Below are positions 29,251 to 40,038 of a stretch of 64,000 nt of DNA, piece by piece. The DNA is from an uncultured bacterium (GTDB taxonomy: Bacteria; Desulfobacterota; GWC2-55-46), in contig CAJPGC010000007.1 in assembly GCA_905339405.1 (NCBI GenBank), positions 27,739 through 91,738 on the forward strand, written 5' to 3'. How positions within the stretch are numbered: position 1 is the stretch's first letter; every line of letters begins with the position of its first letter. Under the pieces are notes generated by a model that was not told the origin of the DNA, made no database searches, and saw only the letters and a program-made list of their open reading frames with translations. Made by a program: the position numbers and the translations under genes.

Positions 29251-30377
29251 ACCTGGCCTCTGTCCAGATGCTCGGCTGGATAGCGTTGACAATAGCCCTT
29301 TTCTGGGCCGCCCCGCGAAGGTTCCAGCCCTATGTGGCGGCGGCCTCGTGCGCATTGCTGCTGTTGGTTTTCTCGCCTGTCTCTTTCGTCGTGCTCTCTA
29401 TTTTCACAGCTCTCGGGTATGTCCCTTTCAGGTACGGGAGACGGTCAGCCGCCGGGGCGCTCTGCGCTGGCGGGGCCGTGGCAGCGGTCTTCATCTGGTT
29501 CAAGTCAGGGGCCGCCACAGGAGGGGCGCTCGTGCCGCTCGGTTTCGGCTTCTATACGCTCAGGGCGCTCCATTACGGCCTTGACTCGGTCAAGCGCGCG
29601 CTCCCTCCGCACACTTACTGGCAGTTCGTAAGCTATATGTTCTTCCTTCCGACGATTATTGCCGGTCCGATAAACAGGTTTCAGGAATTCCATAGGGAGC
29701 TGGCGCGAAGAAGGTTTGATAAAGATCTTTTCTCGAAAGGGTGCGAGAGGATCCTTTACGGGTTCGTGAAGATAATCGTGCTGGCCAGCTACGAAGTCTC
29801 CCATATCCTGCGCCTGCGCATCGAGGCCATGGAAGGGCAGCACGAGATACTGGCCGCCTACCTCGACTGCATAAGGTACGGGCTCAACCTGTATTTTCAG
29901 TTCTCAGGCTACTCGGACGTGGCAATAGGCTTTTCAATGCTTCTGGGCTTCAGGATAGCCGAAAATTTCAATTACCCGTTCCTTGCCCGGAACATCGGCG
30001 ATTTCTGGAAGAGATGGCATATATCCCTTTCGAACTGGTGCAGGGACTATGTCTACATGATGGCGCTCTCGGTGAGCAGGCGTCCGTGGGCTGCCGTCAT
30101 CGCTTCGATGCTCGTCCTCGGGGTCTGGCATGAGCTTTCGCCAAGGTACCTTGCCTGGGGAGTCTACCACGGAGCGGGGATAGCCGTCTGGCAGGGTTTT
30201 CAGAAGGTAAAAAAGAATATTCCGGCAATGGATTTTGCCGGAGGGAAGTACCTGACGGAAGGGGCCTCCTACCTGCTGACAATGAACTTCGTGATACTCG
30301 GGTTTGCCATAACAAAGGAGCCTGACCTGGCTTCGGGGCTAAGAGTGATCGGTAAAATACTTTTTTTCTGGGTGTAA
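29247..30377 (+). CDS. MBOAT-family membrane O-acyltransferase (DltB/AlgI-like)
   Basis: Polytopic protein with the MBOAT signature FWKRWHISLSNWCRDYVY and a downstream conserved His (WHELS). Start ATGA overlaps the upstream stop. Confidence 0.85.
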   Translation: MNLASVQMLGWIALTIALFWAAPRRFQPYVAAASCALLLLVFSPVSFVVLSIFTALGYVPFRYGRRSAAGALCAGGAVAAVFIWFKSGAATGGALVPLGFGFYTLRALHYGLDSVKRALPPHTYWQFVSYMFFLPTIIAGPINRFQEFHRELARRRFDKDLFSKGCERILYGFVKIIVLASYEVSHILRLRIEAMEGQHEILAAYLDCIRYGLNLYFQFSGYSDVAIGFSMLLGFRIAENFNYPFLARNIGDFWKRWHISLSNWCRDYVYMMALSVSRRPWAAVIASMLVLGVWHELSPRYLAWGVYHGAGIAVWQGFQKVKKNIPAMDFAGGKYLTEGASYLLTMNFVILGFAITKEPDLASGLRVIGKILFFWV

Positions 30378-30658
30378 AGGATGTACGGGTTCTTAAGAGG
30401 GTTCCTGCCAAAGGCCGCTGCCGACGTGCTAGTCGTATTATGGTACCTGCTGCTCATATTCCTTGTCGTCGCTCTTTCCGGGAGCGGCCATGAGGAGTTC
30501 AGGTACCTTAATATATGACAAGGCGCGCCATGACGTCATTTTATACAGATAGCGGAATGTCTCAAATTTGATTTACAGGATGTTCCTGTGGCCTTTTTGG
30601 GACACCAAAAACAAAGGGGTTAGCCGAAGCTAACCCCTTGATTTGTTTAAAAAAGAAT

Positions 30659-30732
30659 TGGCTGGGGGACTAGGATTCGAACCTAGATAAACGAGTTCAG
30701 AGCCCGTTGTCCTGCCGTTAGACGATCCCCCA
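30659..30732 (-). tRNA. tRNA-Gln (anticodon CTG)
   Basis: Reverse complement folds as a cloverleaf: acceptor TGGGGGA/TCCCCCA, T-arm CTAGG-TTCGAAT-CCTAG, anticodon loop CTCTGAA, discriminator G + CCA. Very similar to E. coli tRNA-Gln. Confidence 0.85.
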
Positions 30733-30750
30733 TCCGCGTTGGATAATCTA

Positions 30751-30778
30751 ATATAATTAGATGAAGGGGTCAAGTCAA
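30751..30778 (-). promoter_or_regulatory. Putative sigma-70 promoter for tRNA-Gln
   Basis: On the minus strand, TTGACT -16 nt- TTATAT about 18 nt upstream of the mature tRNA 5' end. Confidence 0.4.
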
Positions 30779-30788
30779 GTAAATTCTG

Positions 30789-30818
30789 TTGACAAGGCCT
30801 CTTGCGTTCTTGTATACT
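30789..30818 (+). promoter_or_regulatory. Putative sigma-70 promoter for the yceD-rpmF-plsX-fab operon
   Basis: TTGACA (30789-30794), 17-18 nt spacer, GTATAC/TATACT, about 30 nt upstream of the ATG at 30845. Confidence 0.4.
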
Positions 30819-30844
30819 TTTAAGTCTTTATATTAAATGAAGAA

Positions 30845-31372
30845 ATGAAAATAAAGTTAGACGAAATACCGGAATCCGGGCTGTCCCTCGACGTAGTGGA
30901 CGAAGGCAGGGCCTTGAACGAGATAGCTGGCGGCAATCTCGACTTCAGCTTTCTCGCCCCCGTGAAGGCCCACCTTGAGATATCGAGGCAGGGCAGGAGC
31001 TTTTTCATATCCGGGGAGATAAAGGCCTCCATACGCCTTAACTGCAGCAGGTGCACCAGGGAGTTCGACTACCCCTACGACGCGCCCTTCTCGGCCTATT
31101 ACGAGAGGACAGGCAAGAACGTGGAGCGGGACAGCGAGCTCAAGCCCGCCGACCTCGAAGTGAACTTCATCGAGGGCGACGAGCTCGACACCGCCGAGCT
31201 TCTCCTGGGGCAGATAGCCCTGGAGCTTCCGATGCAGCCCCTGTGCACGCCCGAGTGCCGTGGCCTTTGCCCTAAATGCGGCGCGGACCTGAACCTCGGA
31301 GAGTGCGGCTGCGGGGGAGAGGCGAAGCCGGAATCGAAGTTCGCCAAGCTCAAGGATTTCAAGATAAAATAA
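30845..31372 (+). CDS. yceD: YceD/DUF177 family protein (23S rRNA accumulation protein)
   Basis: Conserved position upstream of rpmF; C-terminal CxxC...CxxC. Confidence 0.75.
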   Translation: MKIKLDEIPESGLSLDVVDEGRALNEIAGGNLDFSFLAPVKAHLEISRQGRSFFISGEIKASIRLNCSRCTREFDYPYDAPFSAYYERTGKNVERDSELKPADLEVNFIEGDELDTAELLLGQIALELPMQPLCTPECRGLCPKCGADLNLGECGCGGEAKPESKFAKLKDFKIK

Positions 31373-31459
31373 CCGCCCGGAAATTTGTTGTTGACGCCGG
31401 GGCCATTCATATATAAAGATAGAGCCCAGAAACATTAAAAGAAGAGAGGTCTTAAGACA

Positions 31460-31645
31460 ATGCCGAATCCGAAAAAGAGACATTCCAGCTGCAAGAGGGG
31501 CCAGAGAAGGAGCCACGACGCCCTTACCGCCACCGGAGTTTCGACTTGCCCCCAGTGCGGCGAGCCCAAGCGCCCCCATTACGTCTGCCCGAGCTGCGGC
31601 ACCTACAAGGGCAGGACGGTCATCAAGAAGGACGAGGCCATTTAA
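31460..31645 (+). CDS. rpmF: 50S ribosomal protein L32
   Basis: 61 aa; MPNPKKRHS start and CPQCG...CPSCG zinc ribbon. Confidence 0.85.
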   Translation: MPNPKKRHSSCKRGQRRSHDALTATGVSTCPQCGEPKRPHYVCPSCGTYKGRTVIKKDEAI

Positions 31646-31747
31646 GTCCGTGTTCCCATTCCGCTCAGTTTACGGCCCTGCCGGGGGTTCAACGCGCCCC
31701 GGCCGGGCCCTTTTTACAGCACCTTTTCCCATTATAGCCGGCCAGAT

Positions 31748-32773
31748 ATGAAAATAGCTGTTGACGCAATGGGCGGAGACTACGCTCCCGCGGTAGTTGT
31801 CGAAGGCGCGCTCAGCGCCGCGAAGGACCTGGACATCCCCATCATCCTCGTCGGCGACAGGGCGCGCATAGAGTACGAGCTCGCCAGGCACAAGGCGGCC
31901 AACCATAACATCTCCATCGTCCACGCCTCCGAGGTGGTGGGCATGGACGAATCACCCACGCAGGCCATCAGAAAGAAGAAAGACTCCTCCCTGAGGGTCT
32001 GCTTCGACCTCGTCAAGAGCGGGGCCGCCGAGGCCGTCGTGAGCGCTGGCAACTCCGGCGCGGCGATGGCTGCCGGGATATTCCTCCTGAAAAAGATTAA
32101 GGGCGTGGAAAGGCCAGCCATAGCCGTCAGCGTGCCCACGATGAAAGACCAGGCGGTCCTCCTGGACGTCGGCGGCAACGTCGACTGCAAGCCTTCGCAC
32201 CTTTTCCAGTTCGCCATAATGGGCGAGGTCTACGCCAAGTACGTCTTGAGGAAAGACCGCCCGAGGGTCGGCCTCCTTTCCAACGGCGAGGAGGAAGGCA
32301 AGGGCAACGACCTCACCAGGGAGACGCACTCGCTCCTCAAGGAATCCTCCATAAACTACGTCGGCTACATAGAGGGCAGGGACATCTACCAGGGCGAGAT
32401 AGACGTTGTCGTCACTGACGGCTTCGTCGGGAACGTCGTCCTTAAGCTCTCGGAAGGGCTTGTCGAGGCCTTCACAACGATGCTCAAAAAAGAGATAATG
32501 GCCAGCGTCCCGGCAAAAATTGGCTATATGCTTTCAAAGGGCGCTTTCAGGAACCTCAAGAAAAAGATAGACTACGCCGAGTACGGCGGCGCGCCGCTTC
32601 TCGGGGTCGAGGGCAACTGCATAATAAGCCACGGCAGGTCAAACGCCAGGGCCATGCGCAACGCCATTTTGCGCGCCCACGAGTACGCCAAGACCAAAGT
32701 CAACGTGCACCTCACGGAAGAGATAGAAAAGAACAAGGACCTTGCGGCTAAAGAAGCCGTGTCAGGGAGTTAG
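31748..32773 (+). CDS. plsX: Phosphate acyltransferase PlsX
   Basis: [15 protein letters not shown]-terminus and conserved position in the fab cluster. Confidence 0.9.
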   Translation: MKIAVDAMGGDYAPAVVVEGALSAAKDLDIPIILVGDRARIEYELARHKAANHNISIVHASEVVGMDESPTQAIRKKKDSSLRVCFDLVKSGAAEAVVSAGNSGAAMAAGIFLLKKIKGVERPAIAVSVPTMKDQAVLLDVGGNVDCKPSHLFQFAIMGEVYAKYVLRKDRPRVGLLSNGEEEGKGNDLTRETHSLLKESSINYVGYIEGRDIYQGEIDVVVTDGFVGNVVLKLSEGLVEAFTTMLKKEIMASVPAKIGYMLSKGAFRNLKKKIDYAEYGGAPLLGVEGNCIISHGRSNARAMRNAILRAHEYAKTKVNVHLTEEIEKNKDLAAKEAVSGS

Positions 32774-32780
32774 GCCGAAG

Positions 32781-33755
32781 ATGTTGAGGTCAAGGGTATT
32801 GGGGACTGGTTCGTACGTCCCGGAAAAGGTTCTCACCAACCACGAACTCGAAAAGATAGTCGAGACTTCCGACGACTGGATATCAAGCCGCACCGGCATA
32901 AGGGAGCGCAGGGTAGCCGTTGAGGAGTCGACCTCCGACATGGCGACGAGGGCCGCTAAGGCCGCCCTCAAGTCAGCCGGGGTGTCAGCGAAGGACATAG
33001 ACCTCATAGTGGTGGGGACGGTCACCCCTGAGATGGCCTTCCCCTCGACTGCGTGCGCTGTACAGGCCCAGCTCGGCGTCAGGTCCGGGGCCGCGGCTTT
33101 CGACGTGTCGGCCGCCTGCTCAGGCTTTCTTTACGCGCTCGACGTGGCTGACAAGTACCTCAAGGCTGGAGGGGCTAAAAAGGCCCTCGTCATAGGCGTC
33201 GACAGGTTCTCCTCGCTCCTCGACTGGAAAGACAGGTCTACCTGCGTGCTCTTCGGAGACGGCGCGGGCGCGGTCGTGCTTTCGGCTGAAAAGGGCGCAA
33301 GGGGCGTCCTGTCCTGCCACATACACGCCGACGGCAAGCACTGGGACATGCTTTACGCGAAGAGCGGCTTGCAGCCGAGCCCCTTTGACAAGAGGGAGGC
33401 CGAACCTGCCGCCATCAAGATGAACGGCAACGAGACATTCAAGATAGCAGTTAGGACCATGGGGCAGGCCATAAAAGAGGTGCTTGAGGACACGGGCATA
33501 GACCCGAAGGACATAGCCCTCCTGGTGCCGCATCAGGCCAACATGAGGATAATAAACGCCACGAGGGAGCGGCTCGGCCTCCCGGAAGACAGGGTCTTTA
33601 CGAACCTCGACAGGTACGGGAACACCTCGGCGGGCTCCATCCCTCTCGCCCTCGACGAGGTGGCGCGCCAGGGCAGGGTAAAGGACGGCGACATAGTCCT
33701 TTTCGTGGCCTTCGGCGGCGGCCTCACCTGGGCCTCGGCAGCCGTCAAATGGTAA
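32781..33755 (+). CDS. fabH: 3-oxoacyl-ACP synthase III (FabH)
   Basis: ATG at 32781 after the plsX stop. Active-site Cys region AACSGFLYAL; HQAN and NTSAGSIP motifs. The listed ORF start at 32742 overlaps plsX. Confidence 0.9.
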   Translation: MLRSRVLGTGSYVPEKVLTNHELEKIVETSDDWISSRTGIRERRVAVEESTSDMATRAAKAALKSAGVSAKDIDLIVVGTVTPEMAFPSTACAVQAQLGVRSGAAAFDVSAACSGFLYALDVADKYLKAGGAKKALVIGVDRFSSLLDWKDRSTCVLFGDGAGAVVLSAEKGARGVLSCHIHADGKHWDMLYAKSGLQPSPFDKREAEPAAIKMNGNETFKIAVRTMGQAIKEVLEDTGIDPKDIALLVPHQANMRIINATRERLGLPEDRVFTNLDRYGNTSAGSIPLALDEVARQGRVKDGDIVLFVAFGGGLTWASAAVKW

Positions 33756-33783
33756 ACAGAAAAACTGAAGGGGCCTCTTTCAG

Positions 33784-34725
33784 ATGCTGAAAACCGCTTT
33801 TGTATTTCCCGGCCAGGGCTCGCAGTCAATGGGCATGGCCAAAAGCTTCCACGATTCTTTCGATATCGCGAAGGCGGCCTTTGACGAGGCAAGCGCCGTA
33901 ATGGGCCTCGATATGGCGAAACTGTGCTTCGAGGGGCCCGAAGAGCTCCTCAACAGGACAGAGTACACGCAGCCCGCGCTCCTTACGGCTTCAATAGCAA
34001 CTTTGAGGGTATTGTACGAAAAGACCTCTTTCAGGCCCGCTTTTTTCGCTGGCCACAGCCTGGGCGAGTATACGGCACTGGTCGCAGCCGGCAGCCTCGA
34101 TTTCAAGGAGGCTGTACGGCTCGTCCACCTTCGCGGGGTCTTCATGCAGGAGAGCGTCCCGGCGGGAGTGGGCAAGATGTGCGCGATAATCGGCCTCAGC
34201 CTGCCTGACGTGCAGGTCATCTGCGATTCGGCCTCGATAGACGCGGCGCAAGTTGTGCCAGCCAACATAAACAGCCCGGAGCAGATAGTCATCTCCGGAG
34301 CAGCGGCGGCCGTGGACATAGCGGCAAGCATGGCAAAGGACCGCGGCGCCAAGATGGTCGTCCCGCTGCAGGTCAGCGCGCCTTCGCATTCGCCCTTGAT
34401 GGAGAACGCGGCCGAAAGGCTCGGGAAAGAGCTCGACAAGATAACGATAAAAGACCCGGCGACCCCGGTATACACGAACGTGGATGCAGAGCCTCTCACG
34501 TCGAAAGCCAGGATAAAAGAGCTCCTCTGCCTCCAGCTCACGAGTCCGGTCCGCTGGGTGGACATAATAAGGCAGATGAAGGCCGATGGCGCGGGCACGG
34601 TGGTCGAGGTCGGCCCGGGCAAGGTGTTGACAGGCCTGGTCAAGAGGACCGAGAAGGATTTGAACACGCTCAACCTTAAGGAAGCGGCTGACCTGGAAAA
34701 GGTCGTTGCCGCTCTCGGCGCGTAA
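33784..34725 (+). CDS. fabD: Malonyl-CoA:ACP transacylase (FabD)
   Basis: FPGQGSQ and GHSLGEY active-site motifs. Confidence 0.9.
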   Translation: MLKTAFVFPGQGSQSMGMAKSFHDSFDIAKAAFDEASAVMGLDMAKLCFEGPEELLNRTEYTQPALLTASIATLRVLYEKTSFRPAFFAGHSLGEYTALVAAGSLDFKEAVRLVHLRGVFMQESVPAGVGKMCAIIGLSLPDVQVICDSASIDAAQVVPANINSPEQIVISGAAAAVDIAASMAKDRGAKMVVPLQVSAPSHSPLMENAAERLGKELDKITIKDPATPVYTNVDAEPLTSKARIKELLCLQLTSPVRWVDIIRQMKADGAGTVVEVGPGKVLTGLVKRTEKDLNTLNLKEAADLEKVVAALGA

Positions 34726-34878
34726 ATTAAAAAATGCTCTTTTTCCTGATCTCGGCAGGGCAAATAAAAATGCTCACATATTATCTTATATGCTGCGCTT
34801 TTTGTTTCCGTCCTTCCTTGACCTCAGAAAAAAAACTAATTTTTAGAGGCAGCCTAAAAAGATTTTAATAAGGAGGCT

Positions 34879-35625
34879 ATGATGAACGTAAGCGGCAGGG
34901 TTGCGATAGTCACCGGCGGAGGCCAGGGCATAGGGAAAGCCATCGCGGAGAAGCTCGGCTCATACGGAGCGGACGTGGCCGTTGTGGACGTGAACCTGGA
35001 GAAGGCCCAGGCGGTGGCCGATTCGATACAGCGGATGGGCCGTAAGTCGATGGCTTTGAAGGTCGACGTGACAAGCCTCAAGGAATGCGAGGAGATGGCT
35101 GAGAAGGTCTTCAAGGAGATGGAGGCCATACACATAGTCGTGAACAACGCCGGGATAACCAGGGACGGCCTCATCCTCAGGATGACGGAAGAAGACTGGG
35201 ACGCCGTAATGAACGTCAACCTCAAGGGCGCGTTCAACTGCAGCAAATCCGCCCTGAAGTACATGACGAAGGCGCGCTGGGGCAGGATAGTGAACATAGC
35301 CTCGGTCGTGGGAGTCATGGGCAATGCCGGGCAGGCGAACTACGCCGCGAGCAAGGCGGGCCTCATAGGCCTCACAAAGACCGTGGCAAGGGAGTTCGCC
35401 TCGAGGAACATCACCTGCAACGCCGTGGCCCCGGGCTTCATCGAGACCGCCATGACCGACGCCCTCACCGACAAGGTGAAAGAGGAGCTCATGGCGAAGA
35501 TACCGCTCGGCAGGCTCGGAGGGTCGTCCGACGTCGCAAACGGGGTGCTTTTCCTGGCTTCCAACGCGGCGAGCTATATAACCGGCCACGTGCTCAATAT
35601 AAACGGCGGGATGGCAATGCAATAG
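34879..35625 (+). CDS. fabG: 3-oxoacyl-ACP reductase (FabG)
   Basis: SDR motifs TGGGQGIG, NAG, YAASKAG. Confidence 0.9.
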   Translation: MMNVSGRVAIVTGGGQGIGKAIAEKLGSYGADVAVVDVNLEKAQAVADSIQRMGRKSMALKVDVTSLKECEEMAEKVFKEMEAIHIVVNNAGITRDGLILRMTEEDWDAVMNVNLKGAFNCSKSALKYMTKARWGRIVNIASVVGVMGNAGQANYAASKAGLIGLTKTVAREFASRNITCNAVAPGFIETAMTDALTDKVKEELMAKIPLGRLGGSSDVANGVLFLASNAASYITGHVLNINGGMAMQ

Positions 35626-35723
35626 CGTTGTTTGAATTTGACTTCGGGCTCCATTAGGTGTTATACAGTGAAGTCTGCCCGTAATCGAAAATAATCCAAT
35701 TAATTCTACAGGAGGTAGTTGAA

Positions 35724-35960
35724 ATGTCTGTTGAGAATAAGGTCAAGAAGATAATAATAGAGCAGCTGGACGTGACCGAGGACGAGGTCACTCCCACCGC
35801 CTCTTTCGTTGACGACCTCGGCGCCGACTCTCTCGATACCGTCGAGATGGTCATGGCTTTCGAGGAGGAGTTCGGCATCGAGATACCCGACGAGGACGCC
35901 GAGAAGATAAAGACCGTCCAGGACGCTACCGAGTACATCAAGAAGAAGTCCGGCAAGTAA
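35724..35960 (+). CDS. acpP: Acyl carrier protein
   Basis: 78 aa, DSLDTVE phosphopantetheine site; RBS ggaggtagttgaaATG. Confidence 0.9.
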   Translation: MSVENKVKKIIIEQLDVTEDEVTPTASFVDDLGADSLDTVEMVMAFEEEFGIEIPDEDAEKIKTVQDATEYIKKKSGK

Positions 35961-36064
35961 TAAGCTCCACAAGAGTTTGCTCGTAAAAACGAATCCGCCG
36001 GAGGGCAAGGGGTTCTCCCGGCCTCTTCGGCGGACTTATTTGAGACAAGGAAAAAAAGAGCGAG

Positions 36065-37300
36065 ATGAGAAGGGTAGTCGTAACAGGCGTAGGAATAGTA
36101 AGCCCGCTGGGCACAGGCGTTGAGAAATCCTGGGGCGGGGCGATTGAAGGCCGCTCCGGCATAAGGCAGATAACGCGCTTCGACATCAGCAATTTCCCGG
36201 TGCGCATGGCAGGCGAGGTCCCCGACTTCGACCCGGCCCCGTTCATCGAGAAAAAAGAGCTGAAAAAGATGGACACCTTCATCCAGTACGCGATAGCGGC
36301 CGGGTCTATGGCCTTCGAGGACTCCGGCTACAAGATAACCGAGGAGAACGCCGAGATGGTCGGCGTGTACATCGGCGCCGGCATGGGCGGGCTCCCGGCC
36401 ATAGAGCACTGGCTCCAGGTGCTGAAAGAAAAAGGGCCGGACAGGGTCACTCCGTTCTTCATACCAATGGTGATAATAAACCTGGCCTCCGGCCAGGTAT
36501 CGATAAAGATCGGCGCGAAGGGCCCCAATAGCTGCGCCGTGACCGCGTGCGCGACCGGCACCCATTCGATAGGCGACGCTTTCAGGCTCGTGCAGATGGG
36601 GGTCGCCGACGTGATGGTCGCCGGAGGGACCGAGTCGACAATAACGCCGCTTTGCATCGCGGGTTTCAACTCGATGAAGGCCCTTTCGACGAGGAACGAC
36701 GACCCTCAGGCCGCTTCCCGCCCGTTCGACAAGGACAGGGACGGTTTCGTTGTGGGCGAGGGCAGCGGAGTGGTCGTCCTCGAAGAGCTCGAGTCTGCCA
36801 AGAAGAGGGGCGCGAAGATATACGCCGAGGTCGTGGGCTACGGGCTCAACTCGGACGCCAACCACATGACGACCCCCGCGCCGAACGGCGAGGGCGCGGC
36901 AAGGTGCATGAAGATGGCCTTGAAGAGCGGAGGGATAAACCCCGAGGAAGTCGGCTACATCAACGCTCACGGCACCTCGACTTTCTACAATGACCTTTAC
37001 GAGACGATGGCCATCAAGACGGTATTCGGCGGCCACGCCAGGAAAATCGCCATTAGCTCCACGAAGGGCATGACAGGCCACCTCCTCGGGGCCGCTGGCG
37101 GCGTCGAGGCCGTCTTCACGGTGCTCTCGCTCTACAACGGCGTGCTGCCTCCTACGATAAACCAGACTACGCCTGACCCGGACTGCGACCTCGATTACAT
37201 CCCGAACGCCGCGAGGGACGGCAAGCCCAAGGTGGCTCTGTCAAACTCTTTCGGTTTCGGCGGCACCAACGGAGTGTTGGCTTTCAGGCGGTTCGAGTAG
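36065..37300 (+). CDS. fabF: 3-oxoacyl-ACP synthase II (FabF)
   Basis: KAS II thiolase-fold motifs ([22 protein letters not shown]). Confidence 0.9.
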   Translation: MRRVVVTGVGIVSPLGTGVEKSWGGAIEGRSGIRQITRFDISNFPVRMAGEVPDFDPAPFIEKKELKKMDTFIQYAIAAGSMAFEDSGYKITEENAEMVGVYIGAGMGGLPAIEHWLQVLKEKGPDRVTPFFIPMVIINLASGQVSIKIGAKGPNSCAVTACATGTHSIGDAFRLVQMGVADVMVAGGTESTITPLCIAGFNSMKALSTRNDDPQAASRPFDKDRDGFVVGEGSGVVVLEELESAKKRGAKIYAEVVGYGLNSDANHMTTPAPNGEGAARCMKMALKSGGINPEEVGYINAHGTSTFYNDLYETMAIKTVFGGHARKIAISSTKGMTGHLLGAAGGVEAVFTVLSLYNGVLPPTINQTTPDPDCDLDYIPNAARDGKPKVALSNSFGFGGTNGVLAFRRFE

Positions 37301-37364
37301 CCTTTTTCTTGCCCCTTTCCCGTAAAAGGGCGATAATCAATAGACAGGCGGAAGAGGGAAGAGA

Positions 37365-37823
37365 ATGAAAAAATCGAAAATAGCGATAGCGAGCGACCAC
37401 GCGGGCAGGGAGATGAAGGAGGAGCTGAAGTCGTTCCTCCAGTCCATGGGCGTCGAGGTCGTCGACATGGGCGTAAACGACGACAAGTCGGTTGATTACC
37501 CGGATTACGGCATACCTCTGGCGCAAAGGGTGTCGAACGGAGACGTCCCCAGGGGCGTGCTCGTCTGCGGCACCGGCATAGGCATGAGCATCCTCGCGAA
37601 CAAGTTCAAGGGCGTGCGCGCGGCGCTGGTGAGCGACGTATATACCGCGAGGATGGCGAAGGAGCACAACGACGCCAACATCCTCGTCATAGGCGGCAGG
37701 ATAGTAGGCAAGGGCCTGGCCAGAGAGATGCTCAAGACCTGGATAGAGGCAACGTTCGAGGGCGGCCGCCACCAGACGAGGCTGGACAAGATAACAGAGC
37801 TCGAGAAGAAGTGCCACAAGTAA
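37365..37823 (+). CDS. rpiB: Ribose-5-phosphate isomerase B (RpiB/LacAB family)
   Basis: IAIASDHAG and [12 protein letters not shown] motifs. Confidence 0.85.
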   Translation: MKKSKIAIASDHAGREMKEELKSFLQSMGVEVVDMGVNDDKSVDYPDYGIPLAQRVSNGDVPRGVLVCGTGIGMSILANKFKGVRAALVSDVYTARMAKEHNDANILVIGGRIVGKGLAREMLKTWIEATFEGGRHQTRLDKITELEKKCHK

Positions 37824-37857
37824 GCTGGACTATTATTTAGATACGGAGGCAGCACAG

Positions 37858-39108
<1,251 letters not shown>

Positions 39109-39127
39109 CCTTCTCAAGTCAGCTGAA

Positions 39128-39164
39128 AGCCCGCGGGCAGCAATGTCCCGCGGGCTTTTTTTAT
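39128..39164 (+). terminator. Rho-independent terminator after glyA
   Basis: Hairpin agcccgcggg-N9-cccgcgggct followed by a T7 run. Confidence 0.7.
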
Positions 39165-39207
39165 TTCCGGCCTTGCCTGCGGGTGACAATCGTGATATTT
39201 TCGGAGT

Positions 39208-39447
39208 ATGGAATACATTCTGGGCTTCGGTTCTCCTCACAAGGCGTTGAAGGCCGAGGAGATATTGAAGAAAGCCTCCGTCCCCTTCAGGCTCCTGCCG
39301 GTGCCGAAGGCGCTTGACGCGTCCTGCGGGCTCGTCATCTCGGTGAAAGACGGCGCGTTTCATGACGCCTCTGGCGTTCTCGAAAAAAACGGGCTGAGGC
39401 CCAGGAACATATACAGGAAAGAAGGTGAGGACTATGTTAAAGTGTGA
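39208..39447 (+). CDS. DUF3343-like small protein
   Basis: 79-aa ORF. Composition resembles DUF3343-type small proteins (GFGSPHKALKAEEILKKA...L.P.P...C); the family assignment is from memory. Confidence 0.45.
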   Translation: MEYILGFGSPHKALKAEEILKKASVPFRLLPVPKALDASCGLVISVKDGAFHDASGVLEKNGLRPRNIYRKEGEDYVKV

Positions 39448-39613
39448 TTTCTGCGGCAGGGAGGCCGCCACGGTTGGAAGGGTCGCTCTTGACAGGGAAT
39501 ATGACAGGCTTACGGTAAAGCACGAGAAGAGGTTCGCGTGCCCTGAGTGCTCCGAGAAAAAGGAAAAGGAGAGGCAGGCCAGGCTCAAGACAGCGAAGAC
39601 AAAGGCCGATTGA
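39434..39613 (+). CDS. Small zinc-ribbon protein
   Basis: 59-aa ORF with RBS aaggtgagg 4 nt upstream of the ATG. CDFCG...CPEC pairs plus a basic tail. Overlaps the previous ORF end by 14 nt. Confidence 0.35.
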   Translation: MLKCDFCGREAATVGRVALDREYDRLTVKHEKRFACPECSEKKEKERQARLKTAKTKAD

Positions 39614-40038
39614 GGCGCGTTCTGGTACTTGCCCAGGTCAGGACACGGCTCGTGCCTTCGCTACAGATGCTTTCTGACAGAGACCTTCCCGAAGCTCTCT
39701 TATATTCCTGATAACGGCATTTTAACGGACATACCCCTAAGGCTCGGCAGGCGAGACATAAGCCTTTCGCGCCGGAGGGGTTTTTTTATCTTCCGCAGGA
39801 CATGACGGGACCCGCGATAAAATCAAATATTTTCAGGTAGTTATCAGGGCTCATGTGCGTTGGCAGCGCTCGTAGGCCAGGGTGCACTGGAAGGAGAAAA
39901 TCGAGGCGGCTTCAAGGCTTTCGAAGACTGGCGCGAGCTGTTTCGCCCACGGCGGTGAAATCGAGTTTTGTTGTAATTCAAGGCGCAAAATGATATTCTA
40001 AAACTTGCTTTTTTCAGGGTTTTTCCCTGCATTTACCG

